A stretch of 64,000 nucleotides of DNA from Thermodesulfobacteriota bacterium (GCA_049320885.1 JBMORA010000014.1:64001-128000); one strand, 5' to 3'. Positions 8,997 through 19,604 are shown, numbered from the stretch's first letter. Numbers and translations are program-made. Notes: a model not told the origin generated them from the letters alone.

Positions 8997-10229
8997 ATGA
9001 TGACGAATAGGCAACAGGTGGAGCTGCTGGCCCCGGCAGGGGATTGGGAAAAGCTTGAAATCGCGGTTCATTACGGTGCCGATGCCGTTTACCTGGCCGA
9101 CAAGGAATTTTCCTTACGCAATTATTCTGGAAATTTCACTCCCGATGAATTGAAACAGGCCGTCCGATTTGCCCATCAACGGGGGGTGCGGGTCTATGTG
9201 GCCTGCAATATTTATCCACGGAATGACGAACAGAACCGGATACGCCGATATCTGGAAACATTGGGCGACATCCATCCGGATGCGGTGATTGTGGCTGATC
9301 CTGGCGTTATCTCGGCCGCCCTTGAGATCATTCCCCATATTCCGCTCCATCTCAGCACCCAGGCCAATACGACCAGTTCCGAAACGGTTCGTTTCTGGAG
9401 TAAATTGGGAATTCAAAGAGTAAATGCCGCTCGGGAACTTTCCCTGGAGGAAATCAGACAAATCGTCGGGGAGACCGATCTGGAGATGGAAGCCTTCGTC
9501 CACGGCGCCATGTGCATCTCCTATTCCGGCCGATGCCTGCTCAGCACTTTTTTAACAAGCCGCGACAGCAATCGCGGTATGTGCAGTCAACCCTGCCGAT
9601 GGAACTATTTCGTAATGGAGGAAACCCGGCCCGGTCAATATATGCCGATTGCGGAAGACGAGCGGGGAACCTACCTTTTCAATTCCAGGGATTTGTGCAT
9701 GATCGAGCATCTTCCGGAGATGATCGCGGCAGGTATCCAGGCATTGAAAATTGAAGGCAGGATGAAGGGCATCCATTATCTGGCCACGGTCGTGAACGTC
9801 TATCGACAGGCCCTGGATGCTTATTACTCCAAAGGTGACAGGTATTGTGTCGACCCCCGGTGGCGGGATGAATTGAATACCGTCAGCAATCGTGAGTATT
9901 GCACCGGATTTTATTTCAAGGACCCCCGGCAGATCCTGCCGAATGCGACCAACCGGCTGGCGGACTCCGGCCATCGTTTTGTCGCCAAGGTCATCGGCCA
10001 ATCGGGCTCCGGCTTGATGGATATCGAAGTACGCAACAAATTGTATCAGAATGATTCTGTCGCCATCATCCGCAAAGGAAAGCCGGCCCAGCAGGATCGG
10101 GTCAGGAGAATCATTGATTCTCAAAACCGGATCGTCGGATTTGCCCAGCCCGGCAGCCGGGTTTCGGTGGCGATGGACGCAACATATCAGGCCATGGATC
10201 TGATTCGTCGAATCGAGGGCGAAGGCTGA
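8997..10229 (+). CDS. Peptidase U32 family Fe-S protein (TrhP/YegQ-like)
   Basis: ELLAPAG, GADAVY, HLSTQA, FVHGAMCISYSGRC, RGMCSQPCR, LKIEGRMK. Confidence 0.9.
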   Translation: MMTNRQQVELLAPAGDWEKLEIAVHYGADAVYLADKEFSLRNYSGNFTPDELKQAVRFAHQRGVRVYVACNIYPRNDEQNRIRRYLETLGDIHPDAVIVADPGVISAALEIIPHIPLHLSTQANTTSSETVRFWSKLGIQRVNAARELSLEEIRQIVGETDLEMEAFVHGAMCISYSGRCLLSTFLTSRDSNRGMCSQPCRWNYFVMEETRPGQYMPIAEDERGTYLFNSRDLCMIEHLPEMIAAGIQALKIEGRMKGIHYLATVVNVYRQALDAYYSKGDRYCVDPRWRDELNTVSNREYCTGFYFKDPRQILPNATNRLADSGHRFVAKVIGQSGSGLMDIEVRNKLYQNDSVAIIRKGKPAQQDRVRRIIDSQNRIVGFAQPGSRVSVAMDATYQAMDLIRRIEGEG

Positions 10230-10317
10230 AAGCGATCGGGCACTATTATCAACAAGGGGGGGGCGGCCCGCGCAGGTATTGAAAAATAGCTACCCCTGGA
10301 ACCAATGGATCAATACA

Positions 10318-10869
10318 ATGGAAAGGATGGAGAAAATTATTTTTGTCGTGGGTGGATGCAGAAGCGGAAAAAGCGGCCACGCCTTGACCCTTGCGGAACA
10401 ATACGGGAGTAATCGGGTGTTTTTAGCCACCTGCATACCGGCCGATGAGGAGATGCGGGACAGGGTCGCGGCCCACCGGCGCGACCGTGGCACGGGATGG
10501 GAAACGATTGAATCGCCCTATGATCTGGCAGAAGCAGTCAGGGAGCACAGCCGGAAGGCGGATGTCCTGTTGGTCGATTGTCTGACGCTGTGGGTCAGCA
10601 ATCGAATGCTGGAGACGGAAAGCCTGGGTGATATGACTTCCGCGTGCGAGGACTTGATCCAATCATTGGCAGAGGCTGCCTGCCCGGTCCTCCTGGTATC
10701 CAACGAAGTGGGCAGCGGTATTGTGCCTGATAATAAGCTGGCGAGAGATTTCAGGGATCAGGTTGGCTGGGTCAATCAGAAAATCGCGACGGCGGCGGAT
10801 CGGGTCATCTGGATGGTTGCCGGTATACCGGTAACCGTCAAGGCTGGAAAGGAAATCTGCCGCAGATGA
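10318..10869 (+). CDS. cobU: Adenosylcobinamide kinase / adenosylcobinamide-phosphate guanylyltransferase
   Basis: GGCRSGKS P-loop, EMRDRVAAHRRDR, VDCLTLWVSN, VSNEVGSGIVP; start 10318 or 10327. Confidence 0.92.
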   Translation: MERMEKIIFVVGGCRSGKSGHALTLAEQYGSNRVFLATCIPADEEMRDRVAAHRRDRGTGWETIESPYDLAEAVREHSRKADVLLVDCLTLWVSNRMLETESLGDMTSACEDLIQSLAEAACPVLLVSNEVGSGIVPDNKLARDFRDQVGWVNQKIATAADRVIWMVAGIPVTVKAGKEICRR

Positions 10870-11588
10870 AATACCTGGCCGCAACATTACGGTTTTTAAC
10901 GATTTTGCCCATCGGGAAGGATGCAACTTTTGAACCGGAACGGATGATTCCGTTTTTTCCCATGGCCGGTCTATTGATCGGATTTCTATTGGCGTGCTTT
11001 GATGCGGTGGTTGGTCTTTTCTGGTCTGCTCCCATCCGATCCGTGGTGGACGGCATCTTGCTGATTGTTCTCAGCGGAGGATTGCATTTGGATGGCCTGG
11101 GAGACACCTTTGACGGGTTGTATGGGCACCGGCCGAAAGAAAGAGCCCTGGCGATAATGAAAGACAGCCATATCGGCGCCATGGGGGTTGTGGCGATCGT
11201 GGCCTGCCTGGGAGCCAAATGGGCCGGTTTGAGCGGGATTGACTCCGTGCGGAGTCTTTGTCTTGCGGTTGTTCCGGCTTTTGCCCGCGCCGGTATGTTG
11301 TTCGGCTTTCTCCTTCTGCCGTATTGCCGGGAGGAAGGCGGCACCGGTCAACCGTTTTTTCAAAGATCACTGAATGCAACCGGGTTCTGGGGCTTCATCC
11401 CGCTTGCAGTTCTATCGTTGATGCTCGGCTGGAAGGCTCTATGGCTGGCCGCCGGTTTCATCGTGGTAACGGCAATCCTGTTGGGCTGGTATCATCAACG
11501 CATGGGTTGCATCACCGGCGACATGTTGGGGGCCATGGTGGAAATCACCGAGGCCGCTCTGTTTCTGCTGCTCGCCGCGACGATCTAA
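10866..11588 (+). CDS. cobS: Adenosylcobinamide-GDP ribazoletransferase (cobamide synthase)
   Basis: FLTILP, GGLHLDGLGDTFDG, IMKDSHIGAMG, GCITGDMLGA. Confidence 0.95.
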   Translation: MKYLAATLRFLTILPIGKDATFEPERMIPFFPMAGLLIGFLLACFDAVVGLFWSAPIRSVVDGILLIVLSGGLHLDGLGDTFDGLYGHRPKERALAIMKDSHIGAMGVVAIVACLGAKWAGLSGIDSVRSLCLAVVPAFARAGMLFGFLLLPYCREEGGTGQPFFQRSLNATGFWGFIPLAVLSLMLGWKALWLAAGFIVVTAILLGWYHQRMGCITGDMLGAMVEITEAALFLLLAATI

Positions 11589-11623
11589 CGATGTGTTGAT
11601 TCTGTTGATAAGGAGAAAAACTA

Positions 11624-12697
11624 ATGATTCAAGGACACGGCGGCAATGTATACGCCCTGGCCAAGCGGCTCAACTGTCCGGTCAATGAAATCGTGGATCT
11701 CAGCAGCAATTTGAATCCCCTGGGGCCGCCTCCCGGGCTGTACGAATACTTGATCCGGAGAATCGAAGTGATCACCTCGCTGCCGGAAGTGGATGCCTTC
11801 CAAATCCGTTCCGAACTTGGCGAACACCTGGGTGTTGATCCCCGGCGCCTGCTGGCGGCCAGCGGAACAACCCAGTTTATCTATGCCCTTCCCGGTGTTC
11901 TGGGGATTCGCAGCGCCCTGATTCTTGGACCGACATATGCCGATTATATGGACGCCTGCAGCATGAACGGATGCCGGCATGATTTGGTGCTGGCCGCCGC
12001 GGAAAATGAGTTTGAGCAGGACATGGAACGAATTGCGGGCATGGCGATGAACTACGAGGCCGTATTTATCTGCAATCCGAACAATCCCACCGGCGGCCAT
12101 ATCCCCGGCGAGATGTTGTCGTCTCTTTGTCGCGCCTGTCCGGAAACGGTGTTTGTCATCGACGAATCGTACTTGCCGTTCCACCCCGGGGGGAAAAGCG
12201 AAAGCCTGATCCCCATCAACCTGCCAAATGCGGTGATACTGCATTCCTTGTCAAAAATATACAAAATCCCGGGCCTGAGGATTGGATTTTTGATTGCGGA
12301 GCCAGGAATGATCGAGAAATTTCAGCCGCACCTCTTGCCATGGAGTGTGAACAGCCTGGCATGTGCCGCCGTCGATTATCTTACAGCCGAGCCGGAGGAG
12401 ACCGAAACATTTGTCCGGAAGTCGATCCGATATATCCAAGAGGAAAAAGAATGGATTGTGGAAAGCCTGAAACATGTCGCTCATATTCGGCTTTTTCCCG
12501 GAAAAGGACCTTTCATGTTGGCTCGGCTTGCTCCGGGTTTGACGGCCGAGGATGCCTGCCAGACAATGGCCGAGCACAAAATTCTTATTCGCAATTGTTC
12601 TAATTTTCATGGTCTTACAGAACGCGATATCCGGTTTTCATTTAAAAACCGCGATATTCATGAGCTGCTGGTGCAAGCACTGGCCGCATTGGGTTGA
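11624..12697 (+). CDS. cobD: L-threonine-O-3-phosphate decarboxylase (PLP)
   Basis: HGGN, DLSSNLNPLG, CNPNNPTG, IDESY, SLSKIYKIPGLRIG; within the cob operon. Confidence 0.85.
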   Translation: MIQGHGGNVYALAKRLNCPVNEIVDLSSNLNPLGPPPGLYEYLIRRIEVITSLPEVDAFQIRSELGEHLGVDPRRLLAASGTTQFIYALPGVLGIRSALILGPTYADYMDACSMNGCRHDLVLAAAENEFEQDMERIAGMAMNYEAVFICNPNNPTGGHIPGEMLSSLCRACPETVFVIDESYLPFHPGGKSESLIPINLPNAVILHSLSKIYKIPGLRIGFLIAEPGMIEKFQPHLLPWSVNSLACAAVDYLTAEPEETETFVRKSIRYIQEEKEWIVESLKHVAHIRLFPGKGPFMLARLAPGLTAEDACQTMAEHKILIRNCSNFHGLTERDIRFSFKNRDIHELLVQALAALG

Positions 12698-12712
12698 AGA
12701 GGGCTTGACGCC

Positions 12713-13525
12713 ATGGAACAACCCCCTGATAGACCGGCCCTGCCCAAATCGTATAAACGGAAATTCCCATTCCGTCTCTGCGCACCTTCCTTTATTTACC
12801 CGGATGATTATACCGTCAATGTGGAATTGCTGGGCCCATACCTGGATGAAATCGAGTTGCTTTTTTTCGAAAGCGACAGGGAGAACAGCCTGCCGTCTTC
12901 AGCGGTGATTCGTGATTTGCGGGCGCTTTCCGAGCGGTATGATATTTCCTATAACATCCATCTGCCCATCGATATTGATCCTGGATCGCCGGTCCCGGAA
13001 ATTCGGGACCAAGCCGTTAGATGCATTCGTTATATATGCGAATTAACCCGTCCACTTTCAGCGTCCAGCTACACGGTGCATTTGCCGGCTGAGCATGCGA
13101 CCGATCTCCCGGTCTGGCGAGAAAATGTTGCCGGCAGCATGGAGCAGCTCATTCATCGGGAGTTTCCCGGACGGATATTTTCAGTGGAGACGCTCCATTA
13201 TCCCCTGGAATGGATCGAACCGGTCATCCAGCGGCTGGATTTGTCCGTATGCCTCGATATCGGGCATCTGATGGCCGATGGTCTGCTCGTCGCAAGTGTT
13301 TTCAAACAATATGCCGAAAGGATTGCCGTGGTGCATCTTCACGGTGTTGACGGCCCCAGGGACCATGTGGGGCTGGGAAGTCTGCCCCGGGAAACCCTTA
13401 TCGCCGTCATCGAAATGCTGGAACGGTTTTCGGGTACTGTATCCATAGAAGTGTTTTCCTATCACCACCTGAGAGACTCGCTCCGGATACTGGAAGACCT
13501 CTGGTTTGCTAAAAATCCGGTTTGA
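12713..13525 (+). CDS. cbiR: Probable cobamide-remodelling phosphodiesterase (AP-endonuclease-2/xylose-isomerase TIM barrel)
   Basis: Metal ligands IHLP, VETL, CLDIGHL, VHLH, DH, IEVF; directly after cobU-cobS-cobD. Confidence 0.7.
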   Translation: MEQPPDRPALPKSYKRKFPFRLCAPSFIYPDDYTVNVELLGPYLDEIELLFFESDRENSLPSSAVIRDLRALSERYDISYNIHLPIDIDPGSPVPEIRDQAVRCIRYICELTRPLSASSYTVHLPAEHATDLPVWRENVAGSMEQLIHREFPGRIFSVETLHYPLEWIEPVIQRLDLSVCLDIGHLMADGLLVASVFKQYAERIAVVHLHGVDGPRDHVGLGSLPRETLIAVIEMLERFSGTVSIEVFSYHHLRDSLRILEDLWFAKNPV

Positions 13526-13529
13526 ATGA

Positions 13530-13558
13530 TTGACTTGGGGTATATTTTTCGATATATT
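13530..13558 (+). promoter_or_regulatory. Sigma-70-type promoter for the che operon
   Basis: TTGACT-17bp-TATATT about 190 nt upstream of cheA. Confidence 0.5.
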
Positions 13559-13752
13559 TCGTTATATTATCGCAATATTGGAATTGCTGGCCGGCATTGT
13601 CGGCGGAAATACAGTTAATCTGACAAGATAACTCGAAAAGCGACCTGCGACCGAAATCAGATGCATACCGGTTCGGGTGAGGATCGTATCAATCGTCAAC
13701 AAATCCACCAGTCTCAGTCGCTCTTTTTATTGGACCAGCAGGGAGGATCGGA

Positions 13753-16700
13753 ATGATTTTTGAGGACGACGAAACCTTGAGAATGTATGTGGAGGAATCG
13801 AAGGATCATCTTGTTGATATTGAAAATGATCTGCTGGCGATCGAGGAGACCGGTGAGGACATTGATGAAGATCTGGTGAACAATGTTTTCCGTGCCGCTC
13901 ATTCCATCAAAGGCGGCGCTGGATTCATGGGGCTTTCGAAAATAAAAGAGCTGGCCCATAAAATAGAAAATGTTCTCGGGATGGTGAGAAGTCGTGAGAT
14001 CGTACCCACGCCCGATATCATCAGCACGCTTCTGAGAGCCTTTGATACCCTTCGGGAAATGATTTTCAACGTGGAAACCAGCAATGACATGGATATCAAC
14101 GGCCATGTGACGGAACTCGTTGCCCTGACAACGGCCTCACTGCCCGATGATGAAAAAGAAAGCATATCCCTGATGGTCGATGTGGCGTTGCCCGGGGGGC
14201 GCAAGGTTCTCCAAGCACCCAAATTTGATATCGATCATGCGCGCAGGGAGGGCCGGTTCATTTATCTTGTCGAGTACGACCTGATTCATGATATTCAGCG
14301 GAAACGCAAGACCCCCCTTGATGTTATTTCCTATCTGCTCAACAGCGGGACCATTATCCAGTCGAAAATCGATATCGATGCTGTCGGAACCCTGGATGCG
14401 GACGTGCCCTCCGGTATTCCCTTTTATGTTCTGTTTGCTTCCATCATCGAGCCGGAAATCATTCCTTCCTTGTTCGATGTTGATGAACAATTCGTTCACC
14501 AGGTCACGGACGATATGTGCTCTCCGGTTGGAGCTGAATCCACCGGAAGGAGTAAACCCGTTGAAATGGAAACGAGACCGGAAAAGAAGAAAGCGGCCTC
14601 TCCCCTTCCAGTTGCGACAGCCGCTCCCCAGGGAAACGATGGATTCTCGGCGGAGGAGGGAAGCGGAAAAATGGATTCGGAAATGCCCGAAGATGAGGAG
14701 GTTGGAGAAAAACAGGACGGAAAGCCGGTCGCTGCCGGTGATGTTCAGGATGTGTTTGCGGAAAAAAACGGTGCGGCAAAAAATGCCGTGAGTCAGGCAT
14801 CCCTCCGGGTAAATGTCGGACTGCTGGATTTGCTGATGACATTGGCGGGCGAACTGGTATTAAGCCGCAACCAGTTAATGCAGGCGGTGTCCACGAACAA
14901 TATGCGTACCCTGGAAACCGCGGGCCAGCGAATCGACATGGTGACTTCCGAATTGCAGGAAGCCATCATGAGAACCCGAATGCAATCCATTGCCAATGTG
15001 TTCAATAAATTCCCCCGGGTTGTCCGGGATCTTGCCAAGGAACTCGGCAAAGAGGTGGATCTGGTCATTGAAGGGAAAAATGTCGAGCTTGACAAGACCA
15101 TCATCGAGGCGATCAGCGATCCATTGACGCATCTGGTCCGCAACGCGGTGGACCATGGAATTGAGACTCCTGAAATCCGGCGCGGACTTGGAAAACATGC
15201 CATCGGCAGGGTGAAATTGAGCGCCTATCATGAAGCCGGCCAGGTGAACATCGAAATCTCTGACGACGGCAAAGGCCTGGATGGAGACAAACTGGTTTCC
15301 TCGGCCATCAAGAGGGGCTTGTTGAGCGAGCAGCATGCGGCATTGATGTCGGAAAAGGAGAAGATCGGCCTGATTTTTCTGCCCGGTTTTTCCACGGCAC
15401 AAAAAGTCACGGATGTCTCCGGTCGGGGCGTCGGGATGGATGTCGTTAAAACCAATTTAGACAAGCTGGGCGGTATCGTTGATATTGAATCCAAGATCGG
15501 CGAAGGAACCGTCATCCGTATCAAACTGCCCCTGACCCTGGCGATCATCCCCAGCCAGATCATTGATGTCGGCAATGAACGGTACGCCATCCCCCAGGTA
15601 AATCTTAACGAGCTGTTGAGAATACCGGCGGCTCAGGTAAAAAACCGAATTGAAAAAGTCGGTGATGCGAACGTGGTTCGACTGCGAGGGAATCTGCTGC
15701 CGCTTCTGAACCTCTCGCAGGTCCTTAAAATCAGAAAGACATTTCATGATCCCATGGATGGAAGGCTCCTGCCGGAAAGAAGAGACAATATCGCCGATAG
15801 GAGGTCGCGGAGAAATCCCCTGTTTTCATCGGACGAAATGCAGGGAGAGTCGGAGCGTTTATCCTCCGCGGAGGTGGATGCAAATGAAATCACACCCAGA
15901 TCCGAGCAGGAAAGAAGAATAAGCATAAGAAGCGCCATCAATATAGCCGTTGTGTCTGCGGGTGCTTTCAAATACGGCTTGGTGGTGGATCAGCTACGGG
16001 ATTCGGAAGAAATCGTCGTCAAACCATTGGGGAGACATCTGAAGGGATGTTCCGGTTATGCCGGTGCCACCATCATGGGGGATGGTAAGGTGGCCCTGAT
16101 TCTGGATGTGGCGGGGTTGGCGCAAATGGCACAATTGACGTCACTCGAGGGCACCAACCGGGTCAGTGAGGCCGCTTTGGACGCTGCCAAGCAGAAAAAG
16201 GCCGAAAAGGACAAAGTATCCTTGTTGCTTTTCCGTAATGCGGAGAAAGAGCAGTGCGCGGTCCCGCTGGGACTGGTGGAAAGAATCGAGAGAATCAAGG
16301 TGGCGAATATTGAAGTCGTCGGGGGAAAAAAGGTGATCCAATATCGCGGCGGATCGCTTCCACTGTTTTCCATTGATCAGGTCGCAAAGGTGAAACCTTT
16401 GCCGGACTTTGATCAGTTGGAAGTGGTGGTATTCCGGCTTGCCGGAAGAGAGGTCGGTCTGATGGTGACACCGCCCGTGGATGCGGTGGATGTTGTCGTG
16501 ACCATCGATACCATCACCCTGCGACAGACGGGGATCATGGGATCGGCGATCATCGGCGAATATACAACCCTGATCATTGATATGTATGAGATCGTTCGAA
16601 CCGTCAATCCGGAGTGGTTCGATGATGCCGATGCGTCGGCTTCGCCGCAGGGCGGCAGCACCATTCTTTTTGCAGAGGATTCAGCTTTTTTTCGAAATCA

Positions 16701-17034
16701 GGTTAAAGGCTTTCTGCAGGAGGAAGGATACACCGTTCTGGATGCCGAGGACGGCATGGCGGCCTGGGAGATATTGAACCAGCATTCCGAAACGATCAAA
16801 CTCGTATTGACCGACCTCGAAATGCCGCATATGGACGGATTCGAGCTGACCGCGAAAATCAAGGCCGATCCTCGATATGCGCAACTGAAGGTGGTTGCTT
16901 TGACTTCCCTGGCCGGTGACGAGGACATCGCCAAGGGTGCGAAATTCGGAATAGACGATTATCAGCTCAAGCTGGACCGTGATAAACTGATTGAAACGGT
17001 CCGGGGGCATCTATCCAGCATCAAGTCAAGTTGA
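13753..17034 (+). CDS. cheA: Hybrid chemotaxis kinase CheA (HPt-dimerisation-HATPase-2x CheW-REC)
   Basis: FRAAHSIKG, HLVRNAVDHG, SGRGVGMDVV, two CheW-like segments and a C-terminal LTDLEMP receiver. Confidence 0.95.
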   Translation: MIFEDDETLRMYVEESKDHLVDIENDLLAIEETGEDIDEDLVNNVFRAAHSIKGGAGFMGLSKIKELAHKIENVLGMVRSREIVPTPDIISTLLRAFDTLREMIFNVETSNDMDINGHVTELVALTTASLPDDEKESISLMVDVALPGGRKVLQAPKFDIDHARREGRFIYLVEYDLIHDIQRKRKTPLDVISYLLNSGTIIQSKIDIDAVGTLDADVPSGIPFYVLFASIIEPEIIPSLFDVDEQFVHQVTDDMCSPVGAESTGRSKPVEMETRPEKKKAASPLPVATAAPQGNDGFSAEEGSGKMDSEMPEDEEVGEKQDGKPVAAGDVQDVFAEKNGAAKNAVSQASLRVNVGLLDLLMTLAGELVLSRNQLMQAVSTNNMRTLETAGQRIDMVTSELQEAIMRTRMQSIANVFNKFPRVVRDLAKELGKEVDLVIEGKNVELDKTIIEAISDPLTHLVRNAVDHGIETPEIRRGLGKHAIGRVKLSAYHEAGQVNIEISDDGKGLDGDKLVSSAIKRGLLSEQHAALMSEKEKIGLIFLPGFSTAQKVTDVSGRGVGMDVVKTNLDKLGGIVDIESKIGEGTVIRIKLPLTLAIIPSQIIDVGNERYAIPQVNLNELLRIPAAQVKNRIEKVGDANVVRLRGNLLPLLNLSQVLKIRKTFHDPMDGRLLPERRDNIADRRSRRNPLFSSDEMQGESERLSSAEVDANEITPRSEQERRISIRSAINIAVVSAGAFKYGLVVDQLRDSEEIVVKPLGRHLKGCSGYAGATIMGDGKVALILDVAGLAQMAQLTSLEGTNRVSEAALDAAKQKKAEKDKVSLLLFRNAEKEQCAVPLGLVERIERIKVANIEVVGGKKVIQYRGGSLPLFSIDQVAKVKPLPDFDQLEVVVFRLAGREVGLMVTPPVDAVDVVVTIDTITLRQTGIMGSAIIGEYTTLIIDMYEIVRTVNPEWFDDADASASPQGGSTILFAEDSAFFRNQVKGFLQEEGYTVLDAEDGMAAWEILNQHSETIKLVLTDLEMPHMDGFELTAKIKADPRYAQLKVVALTSLAGDEDIAKGAKFGIDDYQLKLDRDKLIETVRGHLSSIKSS

Positions 17035-17090
17035 AACAGACCGTATGATAAGGACCACCGGTCGATCAGGCGGTAAACGGAGATTTTCCG

Positions 17091-17543
17091 ATGAATGAAA
17101 GAAACCAGCGGAAACAGAACAAACTTGTTGAATTGGCGACTTTTTATATTGGTGACGCTCTTTGCGGTATCGACATCCTGAACATTCAGGAAATCAATCG
17201 CCACCTGGATGTCACCTGGGTTCCCCAGGCACCGGAATATGTTCTCGGTGTCCTTAATCTGCGGGGTCGCATCGTAACAGTGATTGATCTGGGGAAAAAA
17301 CTGGGCCTTTCCCCGATTTCACCCGGTAAGGACAACCGTAATATCATTGTTGACTCACAGGATGAACAAATCGGTTTTCTCGTGGACAGCATCAGTGACG
17401 TTATTTTGGCGGAAACCGATAAAATCGAACCGGCGCCATCCAATATCGGCGGTTTGCAGGGGAAATATTTCAAGGGAGTCTTGAAGACCGAAAACAGTCT
17501 TGTGGGCGTGCTCGATATCAATACGACACTTAAAGACGACTGA
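17091..17543 (+). CDS. cheW: Chemotaxis coupling protein CheW
   Basis: IQEI...VPQAPEYVLGVLNLRGRIVTVIDL. Confidence 0.95.
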   Translation: MNERNQRKQNKLVELATFYIGDALCGIDILNIQEINRHLDVTWVPQAPEYVLGVLNLRGRIVTVIDLGKKLGLSPISPGKDNRNIIVDSQDEQIGFLVDSISDVILAETDKIEPAPSNIGGLQGKYFKGVLKTENSLVGVLDINTTLKDD

Positions 17544-17607
17544 TGTCAATTCCGATCTGCGGTTTTTCCAAAAACGGCCGAAACCGGCGACCAACTCGAA
17601 GAAAACC

Positions 17608-18750
17608 ATGAATCAGACAAAACCAATCAGAATTCTCGTCGTGGACGACACCATCGTCTATCGGAAAATAGTGAGTGATGTTCTGACCGAGTTGCCGGGT
17701 GTTGAGGTCGTCGGCACCGCCAACAACGGAAAGATCGCGCTTACCAAAATCAGCGCCCTGGAACCGGATTTAATCACCCTCGATATTGAGATGCCGGAAA
17801 TGAACGGAATTGAGGTGCTGGAACACATTCGCAGGGAAAACCTGCCGGTCGGGGTCATTGTTCTCAGCACGTTGACCTATGAGGGTGGGGATCTCACCAT
17901 TCACGCCCTGGAACTCGGTGCGTTCGATTTTATACCCAAGCCTCAATCCGGCACGATGACGGAAAACCGTGAATCGATAAAGAATTTTCTTGCTCCGATG
18001 CTGAAAGCTTTCCAGAGGCGGCGGGAGATTAAAAATATATTGCTTGGAGGTACGCCGGCCGCCAAACCGAAAGAAATGAAAAAGGGGCTGAAAAAAACGG
18101 CGACGACCGAAATCACCGATGATGTGATCCAGCGCATGCACCGGCTTTCCGGGAGGATCAAACCGAAATCCGAAATCATTGTCATCGGTATTTCCACCGG
18201 TGGGCCCAATGCCTTGTCCCTAATGATGCCCCAGATACCTTCCAATATCGGTGTTCCCATACTGATTGTCCAGCACATGCCGCCCATTTTCACCCAATCT
18301 CTCGCCAATAGCTTGGGCGCCAAATGCGGCATTCCGGTTCAGGAAGCGCGGGATGGAGAGATTGTAATTCCCAATAAGGTCTTGATTGCACCGGGCGGGA
18401 AACAAATGAAAGTGGCTGCCAGTCCCGATGGAAAGAACCGCATTATTCGGATTACGGACGACCCTCCTGAAAACAGTTGTAAGCCTTCGGTTGATTACCT
18501 TTTCCGTTCGATTGCCGATCACTATGTAGGCAGGGCCACTGGGGTGATCATGACGGGTATGGGATCGGATGGGCGCGACGGCGCGCGACGGATGAAGCAA
18601 AAAGGCGCATTCATCATCGCCCAGGACGAAAGCACCTGCACTGTTTTCGGCATGCCGAAGGAGATTATTGAAATCGGCATTGCCGATGCAGTCGTACCTC
18701 TTGATCAGATAGCCCAGGAAATCGTCCAAACCGTTAAAGGGTATTACTAG
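17608..18750 (+). CDS. cheB: Chemotaxis methylesterase CheB
   Basis: Receiver TLDIEMP; catalytic GISTGG, QHM, TGMGSDG. Confidence 0.95.
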   Translation: MNQTKPIRILVVDDTIVYRKIVSDVLTELPGVEVVGTANNGKIALTKISALEPDLITLDIEMPEMNGIEVLEHIRRENLPVGVIVLSTLTYEGGDLTIHALELGAFDFIPKPQSGTMTENRESIKNFLAPMLKAFQRRREIKNILLGGTPAAKPKEMKKGLKKTATTEITDDVIQRMHRLSGRIKPKSEIIVIGISTGGPNALSLMMPQIPSNIGVPILIVQHMPPIFTQSLANSLGAKCGIPVQEARDGEIVIPNKVLIAPGGKQMKVAASPDGKNRIIRITDDPPENSCKPSVDYLFRSIADHYVGRATGVIMTGMGSDGRDGARRMKQKGAFIIAQDESTCTVFGMPKEIIEIGIADAVVPLDQIAQEIVQTVKGYY

Positions 18751-18761
18751 TCGGGCGGTCC

Positions 18762-19604
18762 ATGCGAAAAATTGCCCCAGATGAGTATAGTGTATTCACC
18801 AAGTATATCGTTGATATATCCGGTATTGCCTTGGGGAAGGGAAAGGAATATTTAATTGAAACACGCCTGAATCCGATTTTGGTGGAGTTAGGATGCGCAT
18901 CGTTTGCCGAACTTTACCACCGGGCGCGAACGGATCTGACGAAAACAATTGAAAAAAAAATCATTGACGCCATTTCGACCAATGAAACTTATTTTTTTCG
19001 GGATGGTTCGCCTTTCGAACTCCTTCAGCACAAAATCATACCGGATCTGATTGATAAGCGTACGGCCGGCCTGAAGAAAACGGATCCCGTACCCATCCGC
19101 ATTTGGAGCGCCGCCAGCTCGACCGGTCAGGAGATATACAGCATCGCCATCGTTTTGAAGGAACTATATCTTGATCCCAAGCGATTTCAGATTCGGTTGC
19201 TGGGGACCGATATTTCCGGTGCGGCAATAGCACAAGCAAGCTATGGCAGATATAACAAATTTGAAATTTCCAGGGGGTTGACACCGCCCAAAATCAAGAA
19301 ATTTTTTAACCCGGATGGCGATTCCTATCGAATAAAAGATGAACTGAGAGCCATGGTGATTTTCAGGAAACTGAATCTGACGGAATCGTTTATCGGGTTA
19401 GGAAAATTCGATATTATTCTGTGCCGGAATGTCGCCATATATTTTTCCCCGGCGGAGCGAAAACGATTGTATGAGAAGATCGCAACTGTTTTGGAACCGG
19501 ATGGATATTTAATGATCGGTTCAACGGAATCGCTGACCAGTGATACAGGCCTTTTCGAACCGCAGAAATATTTGCGGGCGGTTTTTTACCAGTTCAAAAG
19601 ATAA
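18762..19604 (+). CDS. cheR: Chemotaxis methyltransferase CheR
   Basis: TNETYFFRD, IWSAASSTGQE, FDIILCRNVAIYF. Confidence 0.95.
   Translation: MRKIAPDEYSVFTKYIVDISGIALGKGKEYLIETRLNPILVELGCASFAELYHRARTDLTKTIEKKIIDAISTNETYFFRDGSPFELLQHKIIPDLIDKRTAGLKKTDPVPIRIWSAASSTGQEIYSIAIVLKELYLDPKRFQIRLLGTDISGAAIAQASYGRYNKFEISRGLTPPKIKKFFNPDGDSYRIKDELRAMVIFRKLNLTESFIGLGKFDIILCRNVAIYFSPAERKRLYEKIATVLEPDGYLMIGSTESLTSDTGLFEPQKYLRAVFYQFKR

Noticed and set aside
8957..10317. Cobalamin riboswitch upstream of the cob genes
   Set aside because: The intergenic gaps are too short and no B12-box is visible
13559..13752. Possible c-di-GMP (GEMM) riboswitch in the cheA leader
   Set aside because: I could not find the GAAA tetraloop/receptor and GCAAAGC-type core; an Rfam scan would be needed
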